Shown piece by piece: positions 25,886 to 35,113 of a DNA stretch of 64,000 nt. This DNA is from a virus (taxonomy: Duplodnaviria > Caudoviricetes): IMG/VR virus record IMGVR_UViG_3300033553_000052, positions 1,205 through 65,204 of that record; one strand, written 5' to 3'. Each line of letters opens with the position of its first letter. Position 1 is the stretch's first letter. The notes beneath the pieces were generated by a model. It saw nothing but the letters and a program-made list of their open reading frames with translations, searched no databases and had not been told where the DNA came from. The translations under genes were made by a program, and so were the position numbers.

Positions 25886-26602
25886 ATGGGATTTTTCGAT
25901 GGTGGCGGCAAGACCGTCAAGTTCCTCCAGCCTGGCGACACAGCTCGTGGAATCATCGTCGGCCAGTTCGACCAGCGTTCGGGAGTTACCGTCCCGTACC
26001 TTGAGTCGCAGCAGAGCGACTACACCACAAAGGAGCCGAAGACCTACAAGGATGGCAACCCTGTTATGCAGGCGACCATTCAGATCCAGACCGCAGAGCG
26101 AGTCGATGACGACGACGATGGTCAGCGTACCATTTACGTCAACAAGACTCGCATGAAGCGTGCGATTCAGCAGGCACTCCGAGACGCAAAGGTTCCTAAC
26201 CTGCAGATCGGTGGAAGCATCGTTCTGTGGATGACGGGATCAGAGGCATCGGATGGTGGCGGCTCACCGGCCAAGACCTTCAGTTGCCAGTACGAGGCAC
26301 CCGCTGGTGGACTTTCGGTGGCGCCCTCTGCACCGGCACAGCCCGCCGTTGCACCGGCACCCGTGCAGAGCGCGGCCCCGGCACCCGTCGCGGCGGCTCC
26401 TGTGGCACCGGCACCCGTGGCACCCGCACCAGCGGCGGCACCGGCACCCGTAGCACCAGCACCTGCACCAGTGACTGCCGCTCCGGCGCCTGCGGCACCC
26501 GCCGCACCCGCCGCTCCTGCAGCACCTCCGGCACCGCCTGTTGCTCCAGTGGCACCAGCCGCTCCTGCAGCACCTGCGTCGGATTCTGACCTACCCTTCT
26601 AG
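25886..26602 (+). CDS. ssDNA-binding protein (actinophage type) with Ala/Pro tail
   Basis: F.QPGD..G.I...DG.P.MQ...DDDDGQRTIYV core; long AP-rich linker; acidic DSDLPF tip. Confidence 0.75.
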   Translation: MGFFDGGGKTVKFLQPGDTARGIIVGQFDQRSGVTVPYLESQQSDYTTKEPKTYKDGNPVMQATIQIQTAERVDDDDDGQRTIYVNKTRMKRAIQQALRDAKVPNLQIGGSIVLWMTGSEASDGGGSPAKTFSCQYEAPAGGLSVAPSAPAQPAVAPAPVQSAAPAPVAAAPVAPAPVAPAPAAAPAPVAPAPAPVTAAPAPAAPAAPAAPAAPPAPPVAPVAPAAPAAPASDSDLPF

Positions 26603-26620
26603 GGCAAGGTCTTGTACCGC

Positions 26621-26660
26621 CTAGTGGGGTCGCCTTTGCTAGCCAGCGCGGCCCCACTAG
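26621..26660 (+). terminator. hairpin after SSB gene
   Basis: CTAGTGGGGTCGC...GCGGCCCCACTAG inverted repeat. Confidence 0.5.
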
Positions 26661-26684
26661 GCCCACAAGAAGAAGGGTAAAGAA

Positions 26685-27176
26685 ATGGATATGCCAACAC
26701 CGGAAGAAATCGTGAGGGGACTCGCCGCAGGCGCTGACCTTCATCGAATGGAACAAGAGCACAAAGCCGCGAACATCTACAGCCTGTTTGCTGAACTTAG
26801 CCAAGATCACCTGGTAGGACTTGCGAACATGCTCACGGCGATCTCGGAGGCCAATAACCCTCGTGCATCTGCCGCATTCTTCGAGGGGTTCGCAAGTGCG
26901 AGTATTGAGTCAAGGTTCGACGTCTGTGCCATCCATGGGGTAAACCATGACGTTGAGGCGCTCGCTAGTTTGGCGAACGTTAGTACCGAGACTCGTGACG
27001 ACGTAGAGCCTGTCAATCCACAGGAGCCTTTGCTCATGGAGAAGTACCGCCTCGTGCGAAACGGAGACCTCTTCATGTGCGCGGATTGCGGAATTAGGTA
27101 TCCAAGCCTTCAGGATCGGATGCTCAAGGCTCCGGACGACTGCCACGGATGCCACGACAAGTCAGCACACGGATAA
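26685..27176 (+). CDS. hypothetical protein with C-terminal zinc finger
   Basis: CADCG...CHGCH. Confidence 0.7.
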   Translation: MDMPTPEEIVRGLAAGADLHRMEQEHKAANIYSLFAELSQDHLVGLANMLTAISEANNPRASAAFFEGFASASIESRFDVCAIHGVNHDVEALASLANVSTETRDDVEPVNPQEPLLMEKYRLVRNGDLFMCADCGIRYPSLQDRMLKAPDDCHGCHDKSAHG

Positions 27177-27185
27177 GGAGTAGGT

Positions 27186-27455
27186 ATGTATCAGGTAAAG
27201 ATTACCAACGACGTACACGGCACGGAGATCGAGCTCAGCGGAGACAGGATTATGGTCGTCGTTGGAACGATGGAACTCTCGCCGGCCTCGGTTGTTGACT
27301 CGACACTCAATGACAGTATTCACGACTGGGAGCAGCTTATGCTCGAAGCCGACGAGCATGCGATCGGAATGTCACACGAGGGGGAGCAGACACTCTTCGA
27401 GGCCGAGGGACTTAATGACGATGGAACCGAAAGGTCAACGGAGGAATCAACATGA
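27186..27455 (+). CDS. acidic hypothetical protein
   Basis: AAGGAG RBS. Confidence 0.7.
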   Translation: MYQVKITNDVHGTEIELSGDRIMVVVGTMELSPASVVDSTLNDSIHDWEQLMLEADEHAIGMSHEGEQTLFEAEGLNDDGTERSTEEST

Positions 27456-27889
27456 TGAAGTGGAAGATTATTTCTGCAATCGCGGTTGTGCTAATTGCAG
27501 GATGCACTGGCCCGCAAGATACGGTAACAGTGACAGAGACCGCCGAATCGGCGCCAATAGTCGAGGCCGTCGTAACCACGGAGCCAGTCGTTACACCAGA
27601 TCTACCGGCGGAACTAACAAGCGCCGACTGGGAGACGATTTACATTGGAACCATTCGCACAAGCCTCGACGCTCAGTATGATGTAATTTCTGACAGCCAG
27701 TTCATCGAGACTGGGTATGTAATTTGCGATGCCCTGCGTGCTGGTAACTCTGTTGAAGACGTTGCACTTACGATTATTGGCAGTGGCTTTGACCCTGCCG
27801 CCGGTGGTACTATTATGGGAGCGGCAATCGGTGCATTTTGCGACGAGTACACGCCTGATATGGATTTGTTTTTCAGTCAGTATAACTAA
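27452..27889 (+). CDS. lipoprotein, DUF732-like
   Basis: Signal peptide with lipobox LIAGC; G..IC..L..G.S...AGG.IMGAAI..FC pattern. Confidence 0.75.
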   Translation: MMKWKIISAIAVVLIAGCTGPQDTVTVTETAESAPIVEAVVTTEPVVTPDLPAELTSADWETIYIGTIRTSLDAQYDVISDSQFIETGYVICDALRAGNSVEDVALTIIGSGFDPAAGGTIMGAAIGAFCDEYTPDMDLFFSQYN

Positions 27890-27900
27890 GCACAAGAGCC

Positions 27901-27946
27901 CGACCATGGTGCGATGTTGGCCCGTACCTCCATCGCACCATGGTCG
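27901..27946. repeat. perfect 16-bp inverted repeat
   Basis: CGACCATGGTGCGATG ... CATCGCACCATGGTCG between lipoprotein and helicase genes. Confidence 0.8.
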
Positions 27947-29434
27947 CCTAGAGTAAGGATTATAGTGCCAGAGCCACGCAAGAGCCTTGAGCCATGGATT
28001 AAGGACTCCGTAAAGTACTATGACCACCAGGTCGATGGGGTACGAAAGCTTAGTCGAATGGAGTCATTCCTTCTTGCCGACGACATGGGACTAGGTAAGA
28101 CCCTACAGGCACTGACCGTCTTTGCTATCGACGTCATTATGAAGAGAGCAAATCAAGCAATCGTCGTCTGCCCGGTAACTCTCAAGGGCAACTGGATTAG
28201 TGAGATCGACGTGTTTACTAGGTTTAGTAGGGTAGAACTTGGAAGGGGACCACACCGTCCCGGCAAGTCTAATAGGCCACTAGCCAAGGCGGCACGGGAT
28301 AAGCAACTCGCGGAGTTCGCAAAGATCAGTGGCCCGAAAATTCTCGTAGTCAACTACGAGCAAGTAGTATCACACCTGTCCCAGCTCAATCGCATGGGCT
28401 TCGACATTGCAATCTTTGACGAGGCTCACTACATGAAAAGTCCCGGCGCAAAGCGGACCAAGGCCTGCATTAACCTGCGTGCAAGCAGAAGCTTCATGCT
28501 CACCGGGTCGCCGCTACTGAATCAGGTTGACGAGCTCTGGACTATCTTGCACAGGATTGATCCTGTCATGTATCCAAATTACTTTACGTTCCGCAGTCGC
28601 TACTGCGTGTTCGGTGGATACAAGGACAAAGAGATTATTGGCATTCAGAACGAGAACGAATTGACAATGCGCCTACAGTCTGTTATGCTACGCAGGTTGA
28701 AGAAGGATGTTCTTGATCTACCGGACACTCAAATAATTAAGCGCCAGGTGGACCTTGCACCCGAGCAGCAAAAAATGTACGACGAAGCAATCGAAGAGTT
28801 GCGAATCACCAGGGTTGATGACCTAAGTCCACTTGATATCGAAAACGGCATGGTCAAGTTGCTTAGGCTTAAGCAGATTTGCGGAACTACAGCAACACTT
28901 CTCGGCCCCGACCATGACGTTTCGTCCAAGCTTGACCTGGCAATTAACGATGCGGTAGAGTTAATTGGCCGTGGCGAGAAGGTTATCGTCTTCACACAGT
29001 TCCGCGAGGTTCAAGCTTCCTATACAAGAAGGTTGCTCAAGGCCACGAAGGCCCCGATATGGGAACTTCACGGCAACGTCGAGCAATCTATGCGCCAGCC
29101 CACAGTGGATGCATGGAGCGCTCACGATGGCCCCTCGGTTATCGTCTGCATGCTACAGGTAGCGGGCATCGGACTCAATATGGTCGCCGCAAGGTACCTG
29201 CAGTTTCTCGATAAACTATTTGTGCCAAAGCTTAATCAACAGGCGATCGACAGGGCGCACAGAATTGGACAGAATCTGACGGAACCCGTTACGGTACTTG
29301 AGTATATCGCGAGGGACACGATCGAACTCAGGGTCGAGCAGATCAATAAAACAAAGACTAAACTCTTCAACGACGTAATCGAAACGTCCTCCTGGAAGCG
29401 ACTACTACTTGCGGAGATAATGAAGAATGACTGA
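27914..29434 (+). CDS. SNF2-family DNA helicase (start may be ~27965)
   Basis: LADDMGLGKT, DEAH, LTGSP, GIGLN and QAIDRAHRIGQ motifs. Confidence 0.9.
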   Translation: MLARTSIAPWSPRVRIIVPEPRKSLEPWIKDSVKYYDHQVDGVRKLSRMESFLLADDMGLGKTLQALTVFAIDVIMKRANQAIVVCPVTLKGNWISEIDVFTRFSRVELGRGPHRPGKSNRPLAKAARDKQLAEFAKISGPKILVVNYEQVVSHLSQLNRMGFDIAIFDEAHYMKSPGAKRTKACINLRASRSFMLTGSPLLNQVDELWTILHRIDPVMYPNYFTFRSRYCVFGGYKDKEIIGIQNENELTMRLQSVMLRRLKKDVLDLPDTQIIKRQVDLAPEQQKMYDEAIEELRITRVDDLSPLDIENGMVKLLRLKQICGTTATLLGPDHDVSSKLDLAINDAVELIGRGEKVIVFTQFREVQASYTRRLLKATKAPIWELHGNVEQSMRQPTVDAWSAHDGPSVIVCMLQVAGIGLNMVAARYLQFLDKLFVPKLNQQAIDRAHRIGQNLTEPVTVLEYIARDTIELRVEQINKTKTKLFNDVIETSSWKRLLLAEIMKND

Positions 29435-29645
29435 TGAAGTTAAAAAGTATTATACGGTAGCTGAACTCGCAAAAGGGTTCTACGTTGAGAGCTCCACTGT
29501 TAGACAGTGGGTTCATCGTGGGCTAATTAAGCCACTCCCAGATAAGATTAAGGTAGGCCCCGGTCGTCACACAAGCGTGTTCTCGGTCGATGAGGTAAAA
29601 AGATTCTCTCAAGGAAGGTACGGAAATGAACGACAACAAGGTTGA
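29427..29645 (+). CDS. MerR/excisionase-like HTH protein
   Basis: YTVAELAKGFYVESSTVRQWVHRG. Confidence 0.75.
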   Translation: MTDEVKKYYTVAELAKGFYVESSTVRQWVHRGLIKPLPDKIKVGPGRHTSVFSVDEVKRFSQGRYGNERQQG

Positions 29646-30312
29646 CGACGTGCACGAGTCACTACTCGAGGAGTGTCAGCGCTGGATCAAAGACAACACA
29701 GACGAATCAGCCGAACCAAAGATGATTTGGTGCGATGTTGAGACGTCTGGCCTTGACTATGACAGCGATATGCTGCTCGAGATCGGCTTCATTGTTACCA
29801 ACGAGCACGGCAAGATAGTTCCCGATGGTGTCTTTCAGAGTGTCGTCCATGTGCCGACGACTGACAACTGGATCGAAGCAGTTGACCCTTACGTCAGGGA
29901 CATGCACACGAGGTCAAGGCTTATTGAGGAGCTCGAAGTGTCGTGGCCGGAATTGGAGAACCTCGAGATCGTCGAGAACAAGGCGGTCAAGTTTCTGAAG
30001 GGACTCTTTGGCGAGGACATGGCGAGCCTGAGACTTCCCATCTGTGGGTCGTCAGTCGGCTTCGACAAGCGCTGGATCGAGAGCCGCTTGCCGAACCTGT
30101 CGAGCCTGTTCGGCTACAGGGTCGTTGACATCTCGTCGTTCAGGATTGTTGCCGAGATGCTCAACCCCGACCTTAACGAGCGACCCACAGACTGGAGGGG
30201 ATTCGCCGCTCATCGAGTCATTCCAGATATGATCGACACGATTGGCGAGTACCTGACCCTCACCGGACAGACCGACGCAAGCAACGAGTCAATCCTTAAG
30301 GACAGAACGTGA
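29626..30312 (+). CDS. orn: oligoribonuclease (DEDDh)
   Basis: WCDVETSGLD, LLEIG..VT, MHTRS, GSSVGFD, YRVVDISS and HR..PD motifs. Confidence 0.8.
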   Translation: MNDNKVDDVHESLLEECQRWIKDNTDESAEPKMIWCDVETSGLDYDSDMLLEIGFIVTNEHGKIVPDGVFQSVVHVPTTDNWIEAVDPYVRDMHTRSRLIEELEVSWPELENLEIVENKAVKFLKGLFGEDMASLRLPICGSSVGFDKRWIESRLPNLSSLFGYRVVDISSFRIVAEMLNPDLNERPTDWRGFAAHRVIPDMIDTIGEYLTLTGQTDASNESILKDRT

Positions 30313-31439
30313 CAGACACCTCAGTTACATTTGAGAACGCGGCGCTATCCGAAGCAATCAAACGTGTGAGTAGGGTAGCGCCAAAGAGTGGAGAGGCGTA
30401 CGACAAGGCCGCTGGAATTATTATTGAGGTAAACCCAAGCTGGGACATGGTACTAATCAAGGCAACTAACCTTAGTATCTACTATTCCGAGTGGGTTGTT
30501 GCTACCGCAATTTCAGGCGTTGGTGCGAGCTGGAGAATCTCTACTGAGGTATTCACACAGATCACATCGAGGCTTCCTATCGGGTCCGGCAAGCAGGTCA
30601 TACTTAGCGAGAAGGACAATAAGCTTCAGATCAAGTCCGGTGCCTTCAAGGCGTCCATCGGACTAATCAGGGCGGGCTACTACCCCGACTGGAATCAGTT
30701 TGATCCAGAAGGAACGGAGCCGGTCGAGGAGCTTGGCTCAAGGATTGAGCAGGTGGCATGGTGCGCAGTCAAGGGCATGTCACAGGACTCGCTTAGTGGT
30801 ATCCGCTTTAACGGCAAAACACTGGTAGCCACCGACAAGTACAGATTGGTCTCGGTGCCATGTGTCGCGCCGCATATCGAAAAGGACGTGGTGATTCCGG
30901 CGTCAATTCTCGCGTCGCTCATTAGTCCGTCTGGCGCAACAAGGATCGGCCTGTCCGGCGATCAGATGTTTATCGTGCCGAATCAGTACACGCAAATCAG
31001 GTGCCTCGTCTACGGGGGTGACTACCCGAGGGTCGAGGGTATCATGCACAGGGACCACCCTCAGTCCATTAAGATTGATCGTCTTCCCTTTGTTGATGCA
31101 ATGAATCGAGTTGCATCGGCGGACACTCGAAACAGAATGCCCGAACTCAGTATGTTCATCGGCAACGAGTCCATCGCACTATTCATGGAGGACTCGTCCG
31201 GCGGAGACAAGACCATTGATCAGATCGAATACGCAGGGCAGGCTGTACATGAGCGCTTCCGAGTGTTCATTACGCCTGGCTCACTGGTTGACGCGATTAC
31301 GGCCTCGCCTTCGGACTCGATCGAATTGTTCTACGATACGACAAACAAGATGAAGACACTTCGAATCGCTGGTGGCAACGGCTACGAGGCCTGGGTGATG
31401 CCGAGAAGTGGAATCCGACAGGTACAGGAAGAGGAATAG
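30309..31439 (+). CDS. dnaN: DNA polymerase III beta sliding clamp
   Basis: 376 aa; ATNL, LSGI, VATDKYRL, GDYP and terminal VMPR motifs. Confidence 0.85.
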   Translation: MTDTSVTFENAALSEAIKRVSRVAPKSGEAYDKAAGIIIEVNPSWDMVLIKATNLSIYYSEWVVATAISGVGASWRISTEVFTQITSRLPIGSGKQVILSEKDNKLQIKSGAFKASIGLIRAGYYPDWNQFDPEGTEPVEELGSRIEQVAWCAVKGMSQDSLSGIRFNGKTLVATDKYRLVSVPCVAPHIEKDVVIPASILASLISPSGATRIGLSGDQMFIVPNQYTQIRCLVYGGDYPRVEGIMHRDHPQSIKIDRLPFVDAMNRVASADTRNRMPELSMFIGNESIALFMEDSSGGDKTIDQIEYAGQAVHERFRVFITPGSLVDAITASPSDSIELFYDTTNKMKTLRIAGGNGYEAWVMPRSGIRQVQEEE

Positions 31440-31442
31440 GGA

Positions 31443-31793
31443 ATGAGTGAAAAGATCATCGGGACCTTTTATGTGTCAGGCCCAATGACTGGGATCGAAA
31501 AGTTTAATTTCCCGGCATTCGAGAAGGCGGCGGCGACACTCAGGGCACTGGGCTACGCCGTACGCAGTGCCCATGAAGTAAAGCATGACGAGCCGGAAGG
31601 CAAGGGTTCGCTAGCGTGGGAAGAGTACCTTCGCGGAGACCTAATTGCAATGCTGTCTCACTGTAACGTCGTCCTGGTCCTACCGGGATGGACGGACAGT
31701 CGAGGCGCGAAACTCGAGGTTCATGTTGCCGAGGCTCTCGGTATGCCCATCTACACGCTAGACGACGAGGGAAACATAGAGAGGTTGAAGTAG
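31443..31793 (+). CDS. DUF4406 / nucleoside deoxyribosyltransferase-like protein
   Basis: YVSGPMTG...NFPAF...LPGW..SRGAKLE. Confidence 0.85.
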   Translation: MSEKIIGTFYVSGPMTGIEKFNFPAFEKAAATLRALGYAVRSAHEVKHDEPEGKGSLAWEEYLRGDLIAMLSHCNVVLVLPGWTDSRGAKLEVHVAEALGMPIYTLDDEGNIERLK

Positions 31794-31794
31794 C

Positions 31795-32037
31795 ATGAAA
31801 GACGAAGACATCGAACGTCAAGTAGAGGCGTGGCGCAAAGATATCGCCGAGGAGGAGGACCTGAATAAGTACATCAAGGAACTCAAGAAGGGTCTCACGT
31901 GGAAGATGCGAGTTACGATGCTTCTTAACGTCGTGGCTACGGTCGTTATCTTTACTGTGCTGTTCTCGATTGTCGGGCTCTTTGCATGGCTCCTAATCAA
32001 ACTCCTACTTGCGGCCATTGCGAGCGTTGGCTCGTGA
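31795..32037 (+). CDS. membrane protein
   Basis: Long C-terminal hydrophobic stretch. Confidence 0.7.
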   Translation: MKDEDIERQVEAWRKDIAEEEDLNKYIKELKKGLTWKMRVTMLLNVVATVVIFTVLFSIVGLFAWLLIKLLLAAIASVGS

Positions 32038-32576
32038 CAACCCCACTAGAACAGTGGTTCGTCTTTGATGTGAACCCTTACCCTTGGAAGGTTCCGCCCA
32101 TTACGGCGGGTCGCAAGGGTAAGGGAGTGTTCCCGATTGTAGGCAGAGATGCCGGCCTTCACTCCTACAAGGAGGCGATCAAGGAACAACTCACACGCAT
32201 GCCGCACTGGAAAGTTGAAGGACCTGTCATTCTTCATTTGTGGTTCTATCGCAACGTCCCGACATACAAGACGCGCGCTGGGCGGCTAGCAAAGAAGCAC
32301 GATGCCGACACAACGAACCTCCAGAAGGCAGCAGAGGATGCACTGCAGGGCTTCTTGTTCGACAACGACAGGGACGTTGTTCTTGTCATGTCGCATCGTG
32401 TGGAGCAGTCAGGTGAGACCACTGGAATGCTAGTCGCCTGCGTTAAGCCATACGAGGGTAACGGCGTTCTATTCCCCGATGAAGTGCAGTCACAGATTGA
32501 TGAAATGAAAGCGAGATACGACTTCCCGCCGGACGACAGAAGTATCGAAAGCGACCCCGAAGACATCCCCTTCTAA
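32034..32576 (+). CDS. rusA: RusA-like Holliday junction resolvase
   Basis: DTTNLQKAAEDAL.G.LF.ND.DV motif; GTGA-coupled start 32034 preferred. Confidence 0.8.
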   Translation: MTTPLEQWFVFDVNPYPWKVPPITAGRKGKGVFPIVGRDAGLHSYKEAIKEQLTRMPHWKVEGPVILHLWFYRNVPTYKTRAGRLAKKHDADTTNLQKAAEDALQGFLFDNDRDVVLVMSHRVEQSGETTGMLVACVKPYEGNGVLFPDEVQSQIDEMKARYDFPPDDRSIESDPEDIPF

Positions 32577-32590
32577 TCATTGGAATAGCC

Positions 32591-33313
32591 TTGACAACTC
32601 ACGCTCTAATCTGGCACGGCGATGGCGTCGAGCTTAGCAAGAAGCTTAAGCCCGGCACCATCCAGTCTGTTATTACAGATCCTCCGTTCGGCGTTGACAA
32701 CCTCTCAAATATGGCGACCACCGCCGTGGGCAAGGAGTACGCCCGCAAGATTGCGAATGACGAATCGCCAGAACTGGCAATGGAGATCTTCACTAAGGTG
32801 ATGGCGGCGCTGATTCCATCCATGAAGGACGAGTCGGACATTTACATCTTCACGGCCCATCAAGTGCTTGAAGAGTGGCTCGCATTCACCAGGGAACTTC
32901 TCGAGCCGTACGGGTTCCGTCGCAAGGCCATACTGGTGTGGGAGAAGGACGGGCCTGGAATGGGCGACCTCAATACCTGGGGAATGGGTTGCGAGTTCAT
33001 CCTTTACTACAAGCGTGGCAACCGGGAACGTGGTGCGGCAAGGCGCAACAACGTTCTTCACATCTCACAGTTGCGACCTAACGAGTTGATTCACCCGCAC
33101 GAGAAGCCACAACAACTCCTCGAGTTACTGATCAAGCACTCGGTTAGCAAGGGAGACTGGATCGTTGATCCGTTCGCCGGCTCTGGAAGCCTTGTTAGGG
33201 CGGCGCGTGGCCTAGGCGTTAACAGCATTGGCATGGAGCTTGACGAAAAGAACTACACGCTCGCACTAAAGAAGCTCGAAGAAGGCGAGGGCGCAGGGTT
33301 CGACTTCGGCTAG
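32591..33313 (+). CDS. orphan beta-class N4C/N6A DNA methyltransferase
   Basis: TDPPF catalytic motif before HPHEKP and DPFAGSG SAM motif; no neighbouring endonuclease. Confidence 0.85.
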   Translation: MTTHALIWHGDGVELSKKLKPGTIQSVITDPPFGVDNLSNMATTAVGKEYARKIANDESPELAMEIFTKVMAALIPSMKDESDIYIFTAHQVLEEWLAFTRELLEPYGFRRKAILVWEKDGPGMGDLNTWGMGCEFILYYKRGNRERGAARRNNVLHISQLRPNELIHPHEKPQQLLELLIKHSVSKGDWIVDPFAGSGSLVRAARGLGVNSIGMELDEKNYTLALKKLEEGEGAGFDFG

Positions 33314-33335
33314 GAAATAAACTGGCGAGAGTCAC

Positions 33336-33364
33336 TTGCAAATTGGTGCGCGGTGCGGCATGAT
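33336..33364 (+). promoter_or_regulatory. possible promoter upstream of whiB
   Basis: TTGCAA-17-CATGAT. Confidence 0.45.
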
Positions 33365-33419
33365 AGGGCGTAGCATTACGGTGCCAGCATGTCAACCCAC
33401 GTCACAAGGAGCGTTACGA

Positions 33420-33940
33420 ATGTCAGAGGCAAGAGAAGTCCGGCCTGTAATCTTTGGTCAAACCGGAAGAGTGAGGACGGACTTCCGGCCACTTAACGAT
33501 CCGACAGTGGAGGAAGAGAAGCCCCTCCCAAAAGACGCACAGACTGGCTTGACCTCGCGGCCTGCGCAGGAACCGCCCCAAAGCGAAGGGGCAAAGAAGA
33601 TGAAGTCCAAGACCCCTTCTTCATCGACAAGTTCGGCGGAGGCCACGCCGGAAAGCTCCAGTGCTTCTCTTGTCCCGTCGTTGCTGAGTGTGAAGAATAC
33701 AGAAGAAGTCGAGGAATCAGCCACGGACTCTGGGGCGGACGAAACGAAGCCGACCGAGGAGAAGAGCTGGACGACGACGGTTCCGGAGGATCAACTTCTT
33801 CCGACGCCGGGTCCGCCGACTCCGACGATTCCAAAGCTCCCCTTCTAGTAGACGAAAAGATAGACTCGTGGGTAGACTATCTTGACGACATAGAAGAACC
33901 AGACGACCCAGCCGCATTTGAGATAGACGAAGAAGATTAA
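33420..33940 (+). CDS. whiB: WhiB-family Fe-S transcription factor expressed via -1 frameshift (join 33420..33533, 33533..33940; ~173 aa)
   Basis: -1 frame reads DWLDLAAC...DPFF...CFSCPVVAEC...HGLWGG then an acidic tail; in-frame TAA at 33494 and no start codon before the Trp; slippery C-CCA-AAA at 33527-33533; stop abuts the next gene's RBS. Confidence 0.8.
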
Positions 33941-33949
33941 GGAAACCAA

Positions 33950-35113
33950 GTGCATCCAAAGACAATCTCGGCGTCGGCGCTAAATACAGCCGACATGTGC
34001 CTTGCCAGGTACCAAGCAGAGAACATTCTGTTTACGCCAACCAACGCGGACAAGTCTGCCGCTAACGTTGGAACAGCCTGCCACGCGGCGCTGGAGAACT
34101 ACGTCCGTATTGTCTATATGGAGAGGGCACAGAAGCCATCGTTTGATCTTCTCGGAACGCTGTACGATGTGGCGTTCAAGAAGACCTTCGACACGGTGGA
34201 AGCAAGCGGCCCGCTCTTTGATGACGGCTTCGACCTACTCAAGCGCTGGTTCCTTCGCACCGACTTGAGCGATGTCACCGTTGTCTCGGTTGAGAAGAAG
34301 ACGCGGTTCCCTATTCCGACTAGCCAGGGCGACATTCCCTTTACCTACATCGTTGACAGGGTTGACCTGATTCAAGAGGGAGACCGAAAGATTCTCCGGA
34401 TCGTTGACTACAAGACCATTCGGGCCTTCTTGTCACACGATGATGTGCGCGAGAAGCTTCAGGCTCGTGTATATGACTTGATGATGCGTATTGAGTGGAA
34501 GGGTCAGGGCATTGACGAGTTCCAAGTCGTGTTCGATCTGCTTCGACACGAGCAGGTTGGTGTTATCTTCAGTGCCGAAGAAGCAAAGGAAGCCTACTAC
34601 GGAATCATCGCAAGGGCAGAACGTATCCTTGCCACGCCAGACGAGAACCCACCAGAGACGCTAAACCCGGAGTGCCCGTACTGTGTTCGCAAGACACAGT
34701 GCCGAGCGCTAAGGAAGAATATTCAGGGCGGCGGTCTATTCTCAATCCCCGACATCGACGCGGCAGTTGGCATGCGGCACGAACTTGACAGCCAGTCAAA
34801 GGGCCTCAAGTCAGCCATGGAGGAACTGGACTCGTACATCATCGAGTACTCGAAGCAGAACGACGCGCTGACGTTCACCACAGATGACGACCATCGGGTG
34901 ACGATCTCCGCTCGCAAGACCAGGGACGTCAACAACACAACAGCCGCCTCGATACTTGGCCCCGAACTGATGAAGCGTTATGGCAAGATCGGAGTCGGGG
35001 ACATTGACCAGATCATTAGGGATGAACTTGTTGACGCCGAGACTGCGGAGAAGTTACGCAAGGCAATCGGCTTCAAGCTGAGCGCCCCATCAATTAAGAT
35101 CACAAAGAAATGA
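33950..35113 (+). CDS. Cas4/RecB-like PD-(D/E)XK exonuclease
   Basis: C...GTACH, VEKK, VDRVD, IVDYKT, QARVY and CPYCVRKTQC motifs. Confidence 0.85.
   Translation: MHPKTISASALNTADMCLARYQAENILFTPTNADKSAANVGTACHAALENYVRIVYMERAQKPSFDLLGTLYDVAFKKTFDTVEASGPLFDDGFDLLKRWFLRTDLSDVTVVSVEKKTRFPIPTSQGDIPFTYIVDRVDLIQEGDRKILRIVDYKTIRAFLSHDDVREKLQARVYDLMMRIEWKGQGIDEFQVVFDLLRHEQVGVIFSAEEAKEAYYGIIARAERILATPDENPPETLNPECPYCVRKTQCRALRKNIQGGGLFSIPDIDAAVGMRHELDSQSKGLKSAMEELDSYIIEYSKQNDALTFTTDDDHRVTISARKTRDVNNTTAASILGPELMKRYGKIGVGDIDQIIRDELVDAETAEKLRKAIGFKLSAPSIKITKK

Noticed and set aside
26330-26580. GCACCG-type tandem repeats as a DNA element
   Set aside because: They encode the Ala/Pro linker of SSB; the same applies to the PV repeats in the endolysin (38620-38715)
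33336-33419. TTG start at 33336 for the 170-aa ORF
   Set aside because: The TTG is part of a -35-like box; ATG 33420 has an AAGGAG RBS
33950-35113. CRISPR-Cas locus
   Set aside because: Stand-alone Cas4-like nuclease, common in phages; no repeat-spacer array or other cas genes in the window
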